A DNA stretch of 64,000 nt. Origin: Candidatus Roizmanbacteria bacterium RIFCSPHIGHO2_02_FULL_37_13b. GTDB taxonomy: Bacteria; Patescibacteriota; Microgenomatia; UBA1406; HO2-37-13b. Below the pieces are notes generated by a model that was not told the origin of the DNA, made no database searches, and saw nothing but the letters and a program-made list of their open reading frames with translations. The first letter of the stretch is position 1; every line of letters starts with the position of its first letter. Shown one piece after another: positions 8,959-18,561 of the stretch. The stretch is taken from assembly GCA_001789395.1 (NCBI GenBank), contig MFZK01000014.1, positions 47,130 to 111,129 on the forward strand, in the 5' to 3' direction. A program made the translations under genes and the position numbers.

Positions 8959-9513
8959 ATGTCAAAAATAGGAGAAATGCCGATCTCAATAGAATCGGTG
9001 GAAATAAAGATTGATGACAATCAGGTTGAAGTGAAAGGTAGTGAAGGTGTTCTAACACTGACATTGTCTAAGGAGATTTCTGTGGAGAAAAAAGATCAAC
9101 AGTTAATTCTTAAACGTTTGAGTAAGGAAAAAAAAGCTAAAGCATTACATGGTTTATATCGTGCTCTTATTCAAAATGCCGTTTTAGGAGTTGTAAAACC
9201 TTGGGAAAAGAGACTCGAAGTTGTTGGTACAGGATATAAAGTAAAACTACAGGGTGAGGATTTAATCTTCGAAGTAGGCTTTTCTCATCCGGTAATATTC
9301 AAAAGCGTACCGGGTATTAAGTTTAGCGTTGAAGGGAGTAATAAAATAGCTGTTAAGGGGTGTGATAAGCAAATAGTTGGACAGGTAGCACAAAAAATCA
9401 GAGAAATCAAAGACCCTGATCCATATAAAGGTAAAGGTCTGAGGTATGATGGTGAAAAAATAAAATTAAAGCCCGGTAAGAAGGCTAAAACCGTAGGAGT
9501 CGGTGCAAAATAA
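8959..9513 (+). CDS. rplF: 50S ribosomal protein L6
   Basis: MSKIGEMPI start and DPYKGKGLRY motif. Confidence 0.95.
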   Translation: MSKIGEMPISIESVEIKIDDNQVEVKGSEGVLTLTLSKEISVEKKDQQLILKRLSKEKKAKALHGLYRALIQNAVLGVVKPWEKRLEVVGTGYKVKLQGEDLIFEVGFSHPVIFKSVPGIKFSVEGSNKIAVKGCDKQIVGQVAQKIREIKDPDPYKGKGLRYDGEKIKLKPGKKAKTVGVGAK

Positions 9514-9518
9514 ACCTT

Positions 9519-9872
9519 ATGAAAAACAAACTAATCTTGAAAAGAAATAAAAAAAAGTTAAAAGTCAGATCTAAAATAGCTAAAAATACTAAATTATTAC
9601 GAATCAGTGTTTTTCGATCTGATAAAAGGATATATGCTCAGGTAATTGATGATCGTGCTGGAGTTACAATAGCTAATTCATCTGATTATGTTTTGCAAGG
9701 CAATAAAAAAGTGACGAAAACTGAAAAAGCCAAATCAGTAGGCATTGAGCTCGGTAAAAAACTAATAGATTTGAAAAGACTTGAAGCAGTATTTGATCGT
9801 GGACATTATAAATATGAAGGAAGGGTTAAAGCTTTATGTGAAGGATTACGTGAAGCTGGTATTAAAATTTAA
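9519..9872 (+). CDS. rplR: 50S ribosomal protein L18
   Basis: LRISVFRSDKRIYAQVIDD and FDRGHYKYEGRVKAL motifs. Confidence 0.95.
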   Translation: MKNKLILKRNKKKLKVRSKIAKNTKLLRISVFRSDKRIYAQVIDDRAGVTIANSSDYVLQGNKKVTKTEKAKSVGIELGKKLIDLKRLEAVFDRGHYKYEGRVKALCEGLREAGIKI

Positions 9873-9892
9873 GTTTTATTGTTAATAAATAT

Positions 9893-10381
9893 ATGCAAAG
9901 TCAAGAAAAAAATAAAGGTCGTTTTGGTCAAAGACAAAGAGAAAATACTGATGGTATTGAAGAGAAAGTACTACAGATAAAACGAGTATCAAAAAAAACA
10001 CGGGGCGGTAATTATATTAGTTTTTCAGCACTAGTTGCAGTTGGTGATCATAAGGGTCAGGTAGGTATCGGACTTCAGAGAGGATTGGAAGTTCCACAAG
10101 CGATAAAAAAAGCGATTAGATATGCAAGAAAAAGAATGATTAGTGTGCCTCTCTATTCAGGGACACTACCCCATGATGTTAAAGTAAATTACAAATCAGC
10201 GGCTATTATTTTAAGACCTGCACCAAAAGGAGCAGGACTTAAAGCGGGAAGTGTCGTCCGATCAATTCTTAATTTAGTTGGTGTCACTGATGCATCTGCA
10301 AAAATAATTGGTTCAAGAAATCAACTTATCAATACATACGCAACGATTTTAGCCTTAAAAATGTTGAAAAAGCGCGAATAA
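9893..10381 (+). CDS. rpsE: 30S ribosomal protein S5
   Basis: IKRVSKKTRGGNYISFSALVAVGD and GAGLKAGSVVR motifs. Confidence 0.95.
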   Translation: MQSQEKNKGRFGQRQRENTDGIEEKVLQIKRVSKKTRGGNYISFSALVAVGDHKGQVGIGLQRGLEVPQAIKKAIRYARKRMISVPLYSGTLPHDVKVNYKSAAIILRPAPKGAGLKAGSVVRSILNLVGVTDASAKIIGSRNQLINTYATILALKMLKKRE

Positions 10382-10384
10382 ATT

Positions 10385-10825
10385 ATGATAACGCTAAATA
10401 ACTTACCAAAAATAAAGCAAAAAACAAAAAAAAGATTAGGTCGGGGAACGGGAAGTGGAGCGGGTGCAAAATCCGGACGAGGAACGACTCGACATCAGAA
10501 AGCTAGGGAGAAAATAGCTATCTGGTTTGAAGGTGGTCAGAATCGAGTTATTAAAAAATTCCCATTACTTAGGGGTAAAGAAAAAAATAAATCAAAGAGG
10601 TTAAAACCATATTTAATCAATTTTCAACATCTAAGATCTTTTCCGGAGAATGCTGAGGTTACGATTGAGACTTTAATAGAAAAGGAAATTGTGCCTTCTG
10701 ATGCGAAGCGAACAGGAATTAAATTAGTTAACGTTGGTCATGTCGAGAAAAAATTTTTAGTTAAAATTGCCGCTTCACGACAGGCGAAACTAAATATAAT
10801 AAAAGCCGGAGGAAAAATTATATGA
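10385..10825 (+). CDS. rplO: 50S ribosomal protein L15 (follows rpsE after only a 3-nt gap, no L30 gene)
   Basis: RLGRGTGSGAGAKSGRGTTRHQKAR motif. Confidence 0.95.
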   Translation: MITLNNLPKIKQKTKKRLGRGTGSGAGAKSGRGTTRHQKAREKIAIWFEGGQNRVIKKFPLLRGKEKNKSKRLKPYLINFQHLRSFPENAEVTIETLIEKEIVPSDAKRTGIKLVNVGHVEKKFLVKIAASRQAKLNIIKAGGKII

Positions 10826-12105
10826 AAAATGTCTTAGATAAATTAAGAAATGTTTTTCAAGATCCTGTGCTCAGGAAAAAAATTCTTTTTACTTTTGGTC
10901 TTTTTTTTGTTTTTCGAGTCTTTGCTTTTTTGCCAATTCCTGTTGTGGATTTAGTTCGACTTAGAAGTTTGTTTTCTCAAAATCAATTTTTGTCACTACT
11001 GGATATATTTTCCGGAGGTACCCTGATAAATTTTTCAGTGATGGCTTTAGGATTATCACCATTCATCAATGCTTCAATCATAATTCAACTTCTGACATCT
11101 GTTATTCCAAATTTGGAAGCACTTACTAAAGAAGGTGAGCATGGTCGAGCTAAGTTAAACCAATATACACGTTTTTTGACAGTACCCATAACTCTGGTTC
11201 AATCGATTGGCATATATGTTTTACTTCAGAACCAAAAAGTTATCTCGCCCTTGAATTTTATCCAATTTATATCGTTTATTGTCACAATGATGGCAGGGAC
11301 AATGATATTAGTATGGTTTGGAGAATTAATATCGGAATTTGGAATAGGTAATGGTATATCACTTTTGATTTTCACTGGTATAGTAGCAAGAATTCCGGTC
11401 GTTTTTACTCAAACCGCATTGACGATAACCCCTGAATTTATGATAAATTTTTTGATGGTAGCAATCTTAGGTGTCGTCGTCGTAGGTGGCGTTGTCTTTA
11501 TTAATGAAGCGGTCCGTAAGATACCAATCTATTATGCCAAACGTATAAAAGGCAATCGGATTTACCAGGGGGCATCAAATTTTCTGCCGTTGAAATTGAA
11601 CCAAACGGGAATGATTCCAATAATCTTTGCGATCTCTTTTGTATTATTTCCACAACTTGTTGGAAGTTTTTTGACTTATGTAAAAAATCCCGCACTGGCT
11701 TCAATAGGTAAATTTTTAACTTCAGTATTTAACCCCAATGGGTTTTTTTATAATTTTTTTTACTTTATATTAGTAGTCGGATTTACTTTTTTTTACACAA
11801 TGGTTGTATTTAATCCAGAGAAGATCTCAGAAGAAATTCAAAAACATGGTGGTTTTATCCCTGGTATTCGTCCGGGGAGCGCGACGAAAGAATATTTAGA
11901 AAAAATTTTATACAGGCTGACAGTAGTCGGAGCCTTTTTTTTAGGTTCAATAGCGATACTACCAGCAATTGTTTCCTCAGTTACCGGAATTAAAAATATC
12001 ATAATCGGTGGAGCAGGAATATTAATAGTCGTATCAGTAGTCCTTGAGACATTTAAGCAAATTGAAGCGCAAATGGTTATGAAAAGTTACGACAAATTTT
12101 TATAA
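10822..12105 (+). CDS. secY: preprotein translocase subunit SecY
   Basis: 427 aa, multi-pass membrane protein with GISPFINASIIIQLL-type and GGFIPGIRPG motifs. Canonical position after rplO. Confidence 0.96.
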   Translation: MKNVLDKLRNVFQDPVLRKKILFTFGLFFVFRVFAFLPIPVVDLVRLRSLFSQNQFLSLLDIFSGGTLINFSVMALGLSPFINASIIIQLLTSVIPNLEALTKEGEHGRAKLNQYTRFLTVPITLVQSIGIYVLLQNQKVISPLNFIQFISFIVTMMAGTMILVWFGELISEFGIGNGISLLIFTGIVARIPVVFTQTALTITPEFMINFLMVAILGVVVVGGVVFINEAVRKIPIYYAKRIKGNRIYQGASNFLPLKLNQTGMIPIIFAISFVLFPQLVGSFLTYVKNPALASIGKFLTSVFNPNGFFYNFFYFILVVGFTFFYTMVVFNPEKISEEIQKHGGFIPGIRPGSATKEYLEKILYRLTVVGAFFLGSIAILPAIVSSVTGIKNIIIGGAGILIVVSVVLETFKQIEAQMVMKSYDKFL

Positions 12106-12106
12106 T

Positions 12107-12280
12107 ATGGCAAAAAAAGGCAATCGAATAAAACTTGGTTTAACTTGCACGATCTGTAAAAGGCATAATTACGTTACTGAAAAAAGCAAAATCAACACAA
12201 CGGAATCGCTAAAATTCATGAAATATTGTTTGAAATGCCGAAAAAAAACCGAACATAAAGAAAAGAAAAAGTTGGATTAA
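12107..12280 (+). CDS. rpmG: 50S ribosomal protein L33 (Cys-containing form)
   Basis: Hand-translated 57 aa: MAKKGNRIKLGLTCTICKRHNYVTEKSKINTTESLKFMKYCLKCRKKTEHKEKKKLD. Too short for the ORF track. Confidence 0.88.
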   Translation: MAKKGNRIKLGLTCTICKRHNYVTEKSKINTTESLKFMKYCLKCRKKTEHKEKKKLD

Positions 12281-12306
12281 TAACATATAACATACCGCAT
12301 AATCTA

Positions 12307-12858
12307 ATGAAACTAATTTTAATTGGAATGCCCGGTTCGGGTAAATCAACCCAGGGTAATTTATTATCTAAAGAATTAAATATTCCATATCTTTCTACAG
12401 GCGACATTTTTCGTACACTTTCAAAAGAGCCCACCCCTACTGGACGATATATAAAGGAAATAATCGATAAAGGTAGTCTCATTCCGGATGACAAAACGAT
12501 TCAAATTGTGACTGAATATTTATCGCGTTCTGACTATAAAGATGGATACATACTCGATGGCTTTCCTCGAACGTCTATACAAGCGATGAATTTTAAAGAT
12601 AATATTGACTATGTACTATACCTCAGCATTGATGATGTAGAGTCTTTGAACAGGTTGTTAAAACGACAGGACAAACTTCGACAAGATGACACAGTAAACA
12701 CGATTAAAAAAAGAATCGAGATATTTCATAAGCAAACGCAACCCGTGCTTGATTTTTATAAGCCCAAGGGTTTGCTACAAATTGTTGATGGCAGCAAATC
12801 TATAGAAGGAATTCACCAAGTTATTATAGATATTCTAAAAAACATCCATGAAATCTAA
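12307..12858 (+). CDS. adk: adenylate kinase (short-lid form)
   Basis: P-loop GMPGSGKSTQ, plus ILDGFPRT and IKKRIEIFHKQTQPVLDFY. Confidence 0.92.
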   Translation: MKLILIGMPGSGKSTQGNLLSKELNIPYLSTGDIFRTLSKEPTPTGRYIKEIIDKGSLIPDDKTIQIVTEYLSRSDYKDGYILDGFPRTSIQAMNFKDNIDYVLYLSIDDVESLNRLLKRQDKLRQDDTVNTIKKRIEIFHKQTQPVLDFYKPKGLLQIVDGSKSIEGIHQVIIDILKNIHEI

Positions 12859-13420
12859 ACTGCTGCTTTGTATTGTCGGATTACCGGGAGCAGGTAAAAG
12901 CGAGGCGGCAAAGTTTTTTTTTGAGAAAAAAATACCGGTTGTCGCTTTTGGTAAATGGATAAATGATTTTGTCACGAAAAATAAGTTAACCCATACAGTT
13001 TCAGTCCATAAAAAAATAAGTGGCGATCTAAGAAAAAGACATGGTATGGAAGCAATGGCCAAACTTAATGAACAGAATATTCGTTCGCTATTTAAAAATA
13101 ACAATTTTATTGTGGTTGATGGCCTACGCTCTTTCGAGGAATATGTTTATTTAAAGCGGCATTTATCCGATGCGGAAATCATCATTTTAGCTATCTGGAC
13201 TGATAAGAAGAGCCGTTATATACGTATAAAAAATAGAGCTACAAGAAGTGAATTAGGAGGCGAGAAGCGGGATTTGGGTGAACTTGCAGAAACCAATTTA
13301 GGTCCAACCTTCACCTTTGCCGATTATATCGTGCTTAATCAAGGTTCTCTCCCTGATTTAAACTTAGGGTTGAGTAAGCTTTATGGTGAGATATTGAAAT
13401 CCGTAAAGAAAGCAAAATGA
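12848..13420 (+). CDS. second P-loop nucleotide/nucleoside-monophosphate kinase-like protein (dephospho-CoA kinase / UPF0200-like)
   Basis: P-loop GLPGAGKSE near the N-terminus, about 190 aa. Overlaps both adk and map. The family assignment is tentative. Confidence 0.5.
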   Translation: MKSKLLLCIVGLPGAGKSEAAKFFFEKKIPVVAFGKWINDFVTKNKLTHTVSVHKKISGDLRKRHGMEAMAKLNEQNIRSLFKNNNFIVVDGLRSFEEYVYLKRHLSDAEIIILAIWTDKKSRYIRIKNRATRSELGGEKRDLGELAETNLGPTFTFADYIVLNQGSLPDLNLGLSKLYGEILKSVKKAK

Positions 13421-14169
13421 TAAAACTTAAAAATGATAATGAGATAGATCTTATTAAACAAGGAGGGTTGATTTTAAAGGCGGTGTTTGAGGATATAAAA
13501 CCAGCTGTTATTGCAGGTAAAAGAACCAAAGATATTGATGATAAAATTGAATCTATAATTGTTAGCCATGGAGGAAGCCCTGGATTTAAAAAAGTCCCTA
13601 ACTATAACTTCGCTAGTTGTTTGTGTATTAACGATCAAGTGGTGCATACGCCTCCATCGGAGCAGGTCTTAGCAGAAGGAGATATATTTACTATTGATTG
13701 TGGAGTATATTTCAAAGGATTCCATACTGATGCAGCAGATACGTTTATTGTCGGTGATACGAAAGATAGGGCCAAACAAGTTTTTTTGAACGCAGGAAAA
13801 GAGACTTTAGATCATGCAATTGCACAGGCTCATGTAGGTAATAGAATTGGTCATATATCTCAAACAATAGATATTAAAATAAAACAAACAGGTTATAGTA
13901 TCATTAAGGAGTTGACAGGTCATGGAATTGGACGAGATTTACATGAGGATCCGATGATACCCGGTTTTTTGAATGAACCAATTGAAAATACACCTCAGAT
14001 TGTGCCCGGTATGGTCTTAGCGATAGAGGTAATTTATGCTGAAAAATCAGAAAGAATTAAGTCAGAAGAGGGGAGTCGGTGGTCACTTGTGACCGAAAAG
14101 AATGATATTTCGGCATGTTTTGAAGCTACAATAGCAGTGACTGAAACTAAGACCTTAATTTTAACGTGA
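13417..14169 (+). CDS. map: methionine aminopeptidase type I
   Basis: VVHTPP, FTIDCG, HTDAADTF, GHGIGRDLHEDP and LAIEV metal-ligand context. Canonical position. Confidence 0.94.
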   Translation: MIKLKNDNEIDLIKQGGLILKAVFEDIKPAVIAGKRTKDIDDKIESIIVSHGGSPGFKKVPNYNFASCLCINDQVVHTPPSEQVLAEGDIFTIDCGVYFKGFHTDAADTFIVGDTKDRAKQVFLNAGKETLDHAIAQAHVGNRIGHISQTIDIKIKQTGYSIIKELTGHGIGRDLHEDPMIPGFLNEPIENTPQIVPGMVLAIEVIYAEKSERIKSEEGSRWSLVTEKNDISACFEATIAVTETKTLILT

Positions 14170-14193
14170 ATTTATGGTAGAATATATGTTTTT

Positions 14194-14415
14194 ATGAAGG
14201 TAGATAATATTATTGTTGAAGGTCAAGTGTTAGAAAATTTACCAAACACACTATTTAGAGTCAAATTAGGCCATGAATGTGGTGAGAAAATGATTTTATG
14301 TTATCTCTCGGGCAAAATGAGAAAAAATTATATAAAAATCTTGCCTGGAGACAGAGTTAGAATTGAGATGACAAAGTACGATACGGAAAGAGGTCGCATT
14401 GTTTATAGAGTTTAA
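14194..14415 (+). CDS. infA: translation initiation factor IF-1
   Basis: [18 protein letters not shown]...[24 protein letters not shown]. Confidence 0.96.
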   Translation: MKVDNIIVEGQVLENLPNTLFRVKLGHECGEKMILCYLSGKMRKNYIKILPGDRVRIEMTKYDTERGRIVYRV

Positions 14416-14420
14416 TAAAA

Positions 14421-14534
14421 ATGAAGGTAAAATCATCAGTTAGAAAAATTTGTCCCAAATGCAAAGTCATTAGTCGAAAAAAAAGAGTTTATATTATTTG
14501 TGACAATAAAAAGCATAAACAAAGACAGGGTTAA
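14421..14534 (+). CDS. rpmJ: 50S ribosomal protein L36
   Basis: Hand-translated 37 aa: [37 protein letters not shown]. Confidence 0.93.
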   Translation: MKVKSSVRKICPKCKVISRKKRVYIICDNKKHKQRQG

Positions 14535-14557
14535 AATAAATTATTTATTAAATCAAA

Positions 14558-14968
14558 ATGGCAAGAATATTAGGAATAAATTTAAAAGATGATAAAAGAT
14601 TGGATTATTCTTTGACGCTTTTATATGGAGTGGGTAGATCAAATGTCAAGCAGATATTAGCTTCAGTAAATATTAAGGGTGAGAAAAAAATTAAAGAATT
14701 GTCAGAAGATGATTTAAGAAAAATCAGTAGTTTTATTGAAAAAAATGTAAAAGTTGAGGGTAATCTGAAAGAAGAAATCGGAGGTAACATAAAAAGACTT
14801 AGAGAAATAGGATCATTTAGGGGAATGAGACATTCACGGGGCTTGCCAGCACGAGGTCAGAGGACCAAATCTAATGCAAGGACGAAGCGAGGAAAAAGAA
14901 AAACAGTTGGTGCTTTGAAGAAGGAAGATATGGCCAAGATTCAGCAAAAAACAGTTCCTGCTAAATAA
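14558..14968 (+). CDS. rpsM: 30S ribosomal protein S13
   Basis: MARILGINL start and GSFRGMRHSRGLPARGQRTKSNART. Confidence 0.96.
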   Translation: MARILGINLKDDKRLDYSLTLLYGVGRSNVKQILASVNIKGEKKIKELSEDDLRKISSFIEKNVKVEGNLKEEIGGNIKRLREIGSFRGMRHSRGLPARGQRTKSNARTKRGKRKTVGALKKEDMAKIQQKTVPAK

Positions 14969-14990
14969 TTAATAATTAAATTATTATCTA

Positions 14991-15368
14991 ATGCAATCAA
15001 AAAAAAAGACTAAAAAAATTGTGGAGAAGGGTAGAATATATATTACCGCGACTTTTAACAATACTTTAATTACGTTAACTGATGAAAGAGGGGCGCCTTT
15101 TTTATTTGGAGGTTGTGGTATGTATGGTTTTGCTGGAACGAGAAAGTCGACCCCATATGCAGCTACAGTGACGGTAAAAGCAACAGTAAAGAAAGGGATT
15201 GATGAATCGGCTTTGCGGGAAGTTGATATATACATAAAAGGAATTGGTCCGGGAAGAGAAGCATCGCTTAAAGCTATTCGATCCATGGGACTCGATGTTG
15301 ATAAAATAATTGACATTACTCCGATTCCTCACAATGGAGTAAGACCACCTAAAATTAGACGAGGATAA
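14991..15368 (+). CDS. rpsK: 30S ribosomal protein S11
   Basis: IYITATFNNTLITLTDERG and TPIPHNGVRPPKIRR motifs. Confidence 0.96.
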   Translation: MQSKKKTKKIVEKGRIYITATFNNTLITLTDERGAPFLFGGCGMYGFAGTRKSTPYAATVTVKATVKKGIDESALREVDIYIKGIGPGREASLKAIRSMGLDVDKIIDITPIPHNGVRPPKIRRG

Positions 15369-15384
15369 TTATAAATTTACTATA

Positions 15385-15412
15385 ACGTGAAACGTGTTAC
15401 GTGATACGTGTT
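15385..15412 (+). repeat. four tandem heptads (ACGTGWW)x4 directly upstream of rpsD
   Basis: ACGTG starts at 15385, 15392, 15399 and 15406, an exact 7-nt period: ACGTGAA ACGTGTT ACGTGAT ACGTGTT. Confidence 0.85.
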
Positions 15413-15421
15413 AACGATTTT

Positions 15422-16039
15422 ATGAGATATACAGGTCCAAAAAACAGATTAGCCAGAAGAGAGGGAGCAGATCTAGGGTTAAAGACTCCCGGTTCAAAGA
15501 CACATAGCACATTACTTCGTAGGCTAAATATCGTACCGGGACAACATGGTACCTCAAGACGTAGAAAAACAACTGATTATGGTATACAGCTCAGAGCAAA
15601 ACAAAAATTAAAAAGAATTTTTGGGCTTTCTGAGAAACAACTAGCCATTTATTACGCTAAGTCAATAAAAGCCAAAGGTAACACAATAGAACTTCTTATT
15701 CAAAAATTGGAAAATAGACTGGATAATATAATTTTCCGTTTGGGTTTCTCACCGACAAGAGCAGCGGCCAGACAATTGGTAAATCATGGCAATGTCATGG
15801 TTAATGATAAAAAAATGACCATTCCGTCCTATCAAGGGAAAGTCGGTGACATAATTTCTCTATCGGAGACAGCCATAAAAATTCCTTATATTGCAAGCTT
15901 CCTGGAAAAAAAAGATCTAATTCTTCCTTCTTGGTTGAATCGCCAGGCAAATTCAGGCAAGATTATTTCGAAGATCAATCTTGATGAATTTAAAGAAGAT
16001 GTCCAGTTACAATTAGTAGTTGAGTTTTACTCAAGATAA
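15422..16039 (+). CDS. rpsD: 30S ribosomal protein S4
   Basis: ORF 15401..16039 begins at a GTG. The S4-like MRYTGPKNRLARREG starts at ATG 15422. Confidence 0.95.
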   Translation: MRYTGPKNRLARREGADLGLKTPGSKTHSTLLRRLNIVPGQHGTSRRRKTTDYGIQLRAKQKLKRIFGLSEKQLAIYYAKSIKAKGNTIELLIQKLENRLDNIIFRLGFSPTRAAARQLVNHGNVMVNDKKMTIPSYQGKVGDIISLSETAIKIPYIASFLEKKDLILPSWLNRQANSGKIISKINLDEFKEDVQLQLVVEFYSR

Positions 16040-16093
16040 TTAGATTAAAAATTTATCTCTCAAAAAAATAAAGGGAGAAATCAAAATTAAACT

Positions 16094-17038
16094 ATGTTAG
16101 AGCCAGAATTTATCACAGAAAAGTCAGAAGAGGATAAACAATATGGAAAGTTTATCTTAAATCCGTTGCCATCTGGATTTGGTCACACACTAGGCAATGC
16201 ATTGCGCCGGACCTTGCTTTCCACTATTCCCGGGGTGGCTGTTTGTTACGTTAAGATTAATGATGCTGTTCATCCTTTCAGCACAATTTCAGGAGTGAAA
16301 GAATCAGTATTGGACTTAATATTGAATCTTAAATTGCTAAGATTCAAAGTTGTTGGAGATGGTCCATATGAAGTGTCATTATCCACAAAAGGCATTGGTA
16401 AAATAACCGGATCCGATTTTAAAGGCAGCGATGTTAGCGTTGTCAATAAAGATCAATATATCGCAGAAATTACATCTGCCAAAACCAAACTCGATATTAC
16501 TTTATTTTTGGAAAAAGGACTTGGTTTTTCTTCATCTGAAGAAAAAGAAAATAAAGAATACGGCAAAATTGCAGTTGATTCAGTTTACTCCCCGGTACTA
16601 CGTGTCAACTACCAGGTGGAAGGGTCACGGGTAGGTAGAAAAACAAATTTTGATCGTTTAACCATGGAAATCTGGACTGATGAATCAATTACCCCATCAG
16701 AAAGCCTGAAAAAATGTGCTCAACAATTATCAGGGTTCTTTAGTCACATTCTCTCAGGTCGAGATATAAAACGAGCTGATTCGGATGAGAAGATGAATAA
16801 AGATCAACTTACCCCGAAGCTCGATAAAAAAGTCTATCAAACAATAATTGACGAGCTGGATCTGCCGACCAGAGTCATTAATGCACTTCTTCGCGAAGGC
16901 ATCGAGACGGTAGAAGACTTGTTAAAGCGCGGAAAAGAAGATTTAGTCAATCTTAAAGGGGTCGGTAAGAAATCGCTCGACTTAATAGAGAAAGAGTTAG
17001 AAAAGCTATCAATCCCATTTGAAGATACCCATGTATAA
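16094..17038 (+). CDS. rpoA: DNA-directed RNA polymerase subunit alpha
   Basis: GKFILNPLPSGFGHTLGNALRRTLLS in the N-terminal domain. C-terminal domain LDLPTRVINALLREGIETVEDL. Confidence 0.96.
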   Translation: MLEPEFITEKSEEDKQYGKFILNPLPSGFGHTLGNALRRTLLSTIPGVAVCYVKINDAVHPFSTISGVKESVLDLILNLKLLRFKVVGDGPYEVSLSTKGIGKITGSDFKGSDVSVVNKDQYIAEITSAKTKLDITLFLEKGLGFSSSEEKENKEYGKIAVDSVYSPVLRVNYQVEGSRVGRKTNFDRLTMEIWTDESITPSESLKKCAQQLSGFFSHILSGRDIKRADSDEKMNKDQLTPKLDKKVYQTIIDELDLPTRVINALLREGIETVEDLLKRGKEDLVNLKGVGKKSLDLIEKELEKLSIPFEDTHV

Positions 17039-17525
17039 AGGTGTAAAAAAAATAAAAATAAAAAAAGGCAAAGATTCCAATCGGTCAATCGTTAGGAAAC
17101 TAATTGTCAATTTTATCTTAAGAGGTAAAATAACAACAACTCTTAAAAGAGCCAAGATCATTCAAAGTCAAATTGATCGGTTGGTACATTATGCTATAAG
17201 AAACAGTGAGTCTGATAAAAATCAACTATTAAAAAAATTGAATGATAAGAATTCAATTTCTAAACTGATAAATCAGGCCGTACCAGTTTTAAAGGCGAGA
17301 TCATCCGGTTTTACAAGAATTAAAAAAATGGGCTATCGTTTAGGCGATGGAGCAAATATGGTTCTTTTGGAATGGGTCGAAAAAGTTGAACTTGAAAGAC
17401 CAAAAAAAGTAACTGATAAAAAAGCTACAGGTAAAGATATTAAAAAATTGGATAATCCAATAGAACCCGTGGAAAAAGTTGCAGAGAAAAAACAAGAAAA
17501 AAACGAGAGAGAACAAACCAAATAA
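17031..17525 (+). CDS. rplQ: 50S ribosomal protein L17 with K/E-rich C-terminal extension
   Basis: ORF 17019..17525. First ATG at 17031. RKLIVNFILRGKITTTLKRAK is L17-like. Confidence 0.88.
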   Translation: MYKGVKKIKIKKGKDSNRSIVRKLIVNFILRGKITTTLKRAKIIQSQIDRLVHYAIRNSESDKNQLLKKLNDKNSISKLINQAVPVLKARSSGFTRIKKMGYRLGDGANMVLLEWVEKVELERPKKVTDKKATGKDIKKLDNPIEPVEKVAEKKQEKNEREQTK

Positions 17526-17526
17526 T

Positions 17527-17976
17527 ATGACAAATCTTACTTTACAGACTAAACCAGTTAAGCAAAAAGATATAAAGAGAGCTTGGCATCTCATCGATGC
17601 AAAAAAAAAGATAGTCGGACGACTAGCAAGTGAAGTAGCCAAGCTTTTAATCGGGAAACACAAAGTTGATTATGTAGAGTATTTAGACATCGGTGATAAT
17701 GTTGTTGTCATCAACGCTTCAAAGATCGAACTTTCGGGAAAAAAAGAATTGACAAAAACTTATAGTCGTTATTCAGGTTATCCTGGTGGATTAAAGCGAG
17801 TAAGTTTTAAGGAGTTGAAAGATAAAAGACCTGAAGAGATTGTTCGTCATGCAGTATATGGCATGTTACCAAAAAACAAATTACGCGCCAGGCGTATAAT
17901 CAGATTGTTTACTTTTAGAGATAATAAGCACCCCTTTGAGGACAAGTTCAAATTACAAAATACTAAATCTAAATAA
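17527..17976 (+). CDS. rplM: 50S ribosomal protein L13
   Basis: ORF 17479..17976. ATG 17527 gives MTNLTLQTKPVKQKDIKRAWHLIDA, plus YSRYSGYPGG. Confidence 0.94.
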   Translation: MTNLTLQTKPVKQKDIKRAWHLIDAKKKIVGRLASEVAKLLIGKHKVDYVEYLDIGDNVVVINASKIELSGKKELTKTYSRYSGYPGGLKRVSFKELKDKRPEEIVRHAVYGMLPKNKLRARRIIRLFTFRDNKHPFEDKFKLQNTKSK

Positions 17977-17979
17977 AAT

Positions 17980-18435
17980 ATGCCTAAAAAAAGTACAGCA
18001 TTAAAATATTACCAAGCGATCGGTAGACGTAAATCTGCCACAGCAAGCATCAGGCTTCATCTGGCTACAAAAGAAAAAGAGATAACATTTGGTGATAAAA
18101 AGGTAAAAAAGGGCGAAATTTACGTAAACGGTCAACCGATTGATAAGTATTTTAGCGGCGAGTCCAACAAAGTAGAATATCTAACTCCATTGAAATTAAC
18201 GGATAATCTGGATCGATTTGCCATCACTGTTAAGGTCGTAGGCGGTGGCAAGGCCGGCCAACTTGACGCTATAGTCTTAGGTATCTCACGTGCTCTTGAG
18301 AAAGTAGATAAAGCTACCTATCGTCCTATTCTTAAAAAGCAAGGTCTTCTGACCCGCGATGCCCGAATCCGTGAGCGACGCAAAGTCGGCATGGGCGGGA
18401 AAGCGAGGAGGAAGAAACAGTCGCCTAAACGATAA
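17980..18435 (+). CDS. rpsI: 30S ribosomal protein S9
   Basis: GRRKSATASIRL and GLLTRDARIRERRKVG...ARRKKQSPKR motifs. Confidence 0.95.
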   Translation: MPKKSTALKYYQAIGRRKSATASIRLHLATKEKEITFGDKKVKKGEIYVNGQPIDKYFSGESNKVEYLTPLKLTDNLDRFAITVKVVGGGKAGQLDAIVLGISRALEKVDKATYRPILKKQGLLTRDARIRERRKVGMGGKARRKKQSPKR

Positions 18436-18561
18436 GCTTGTTCTTCCGACGATGTCCCGTCAAATCGCACCACGAGCCGTGTTCGAATAGAACTGAAAAG
18501 GCGAGTGGTAAGATCGTGTTGGGGCAAGACGCAAGAAACAATCTCCAAAGCGATAAAACCA

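Noticed and set aside
13417-14415. map and infA are in the same frame with no stop other than the map TGA, hinting at a readthrough fusion
   Set aside because: The chance of frame coincidence is one in three over a 24-nt spacer. infA has its own ATG and a canonical N-terminus. The observation is noted only in connection with the rplV UGA.
18436-18561. GC-richer patch after rpsI containing GTTCGAAT, examined as a possible tRNA or small RNA
   Set aside because: No acceptor, D or anticodon arms can be built on either strand, and only short local hairpins are present. It is treated as the island boundary and convergent-terminator region.
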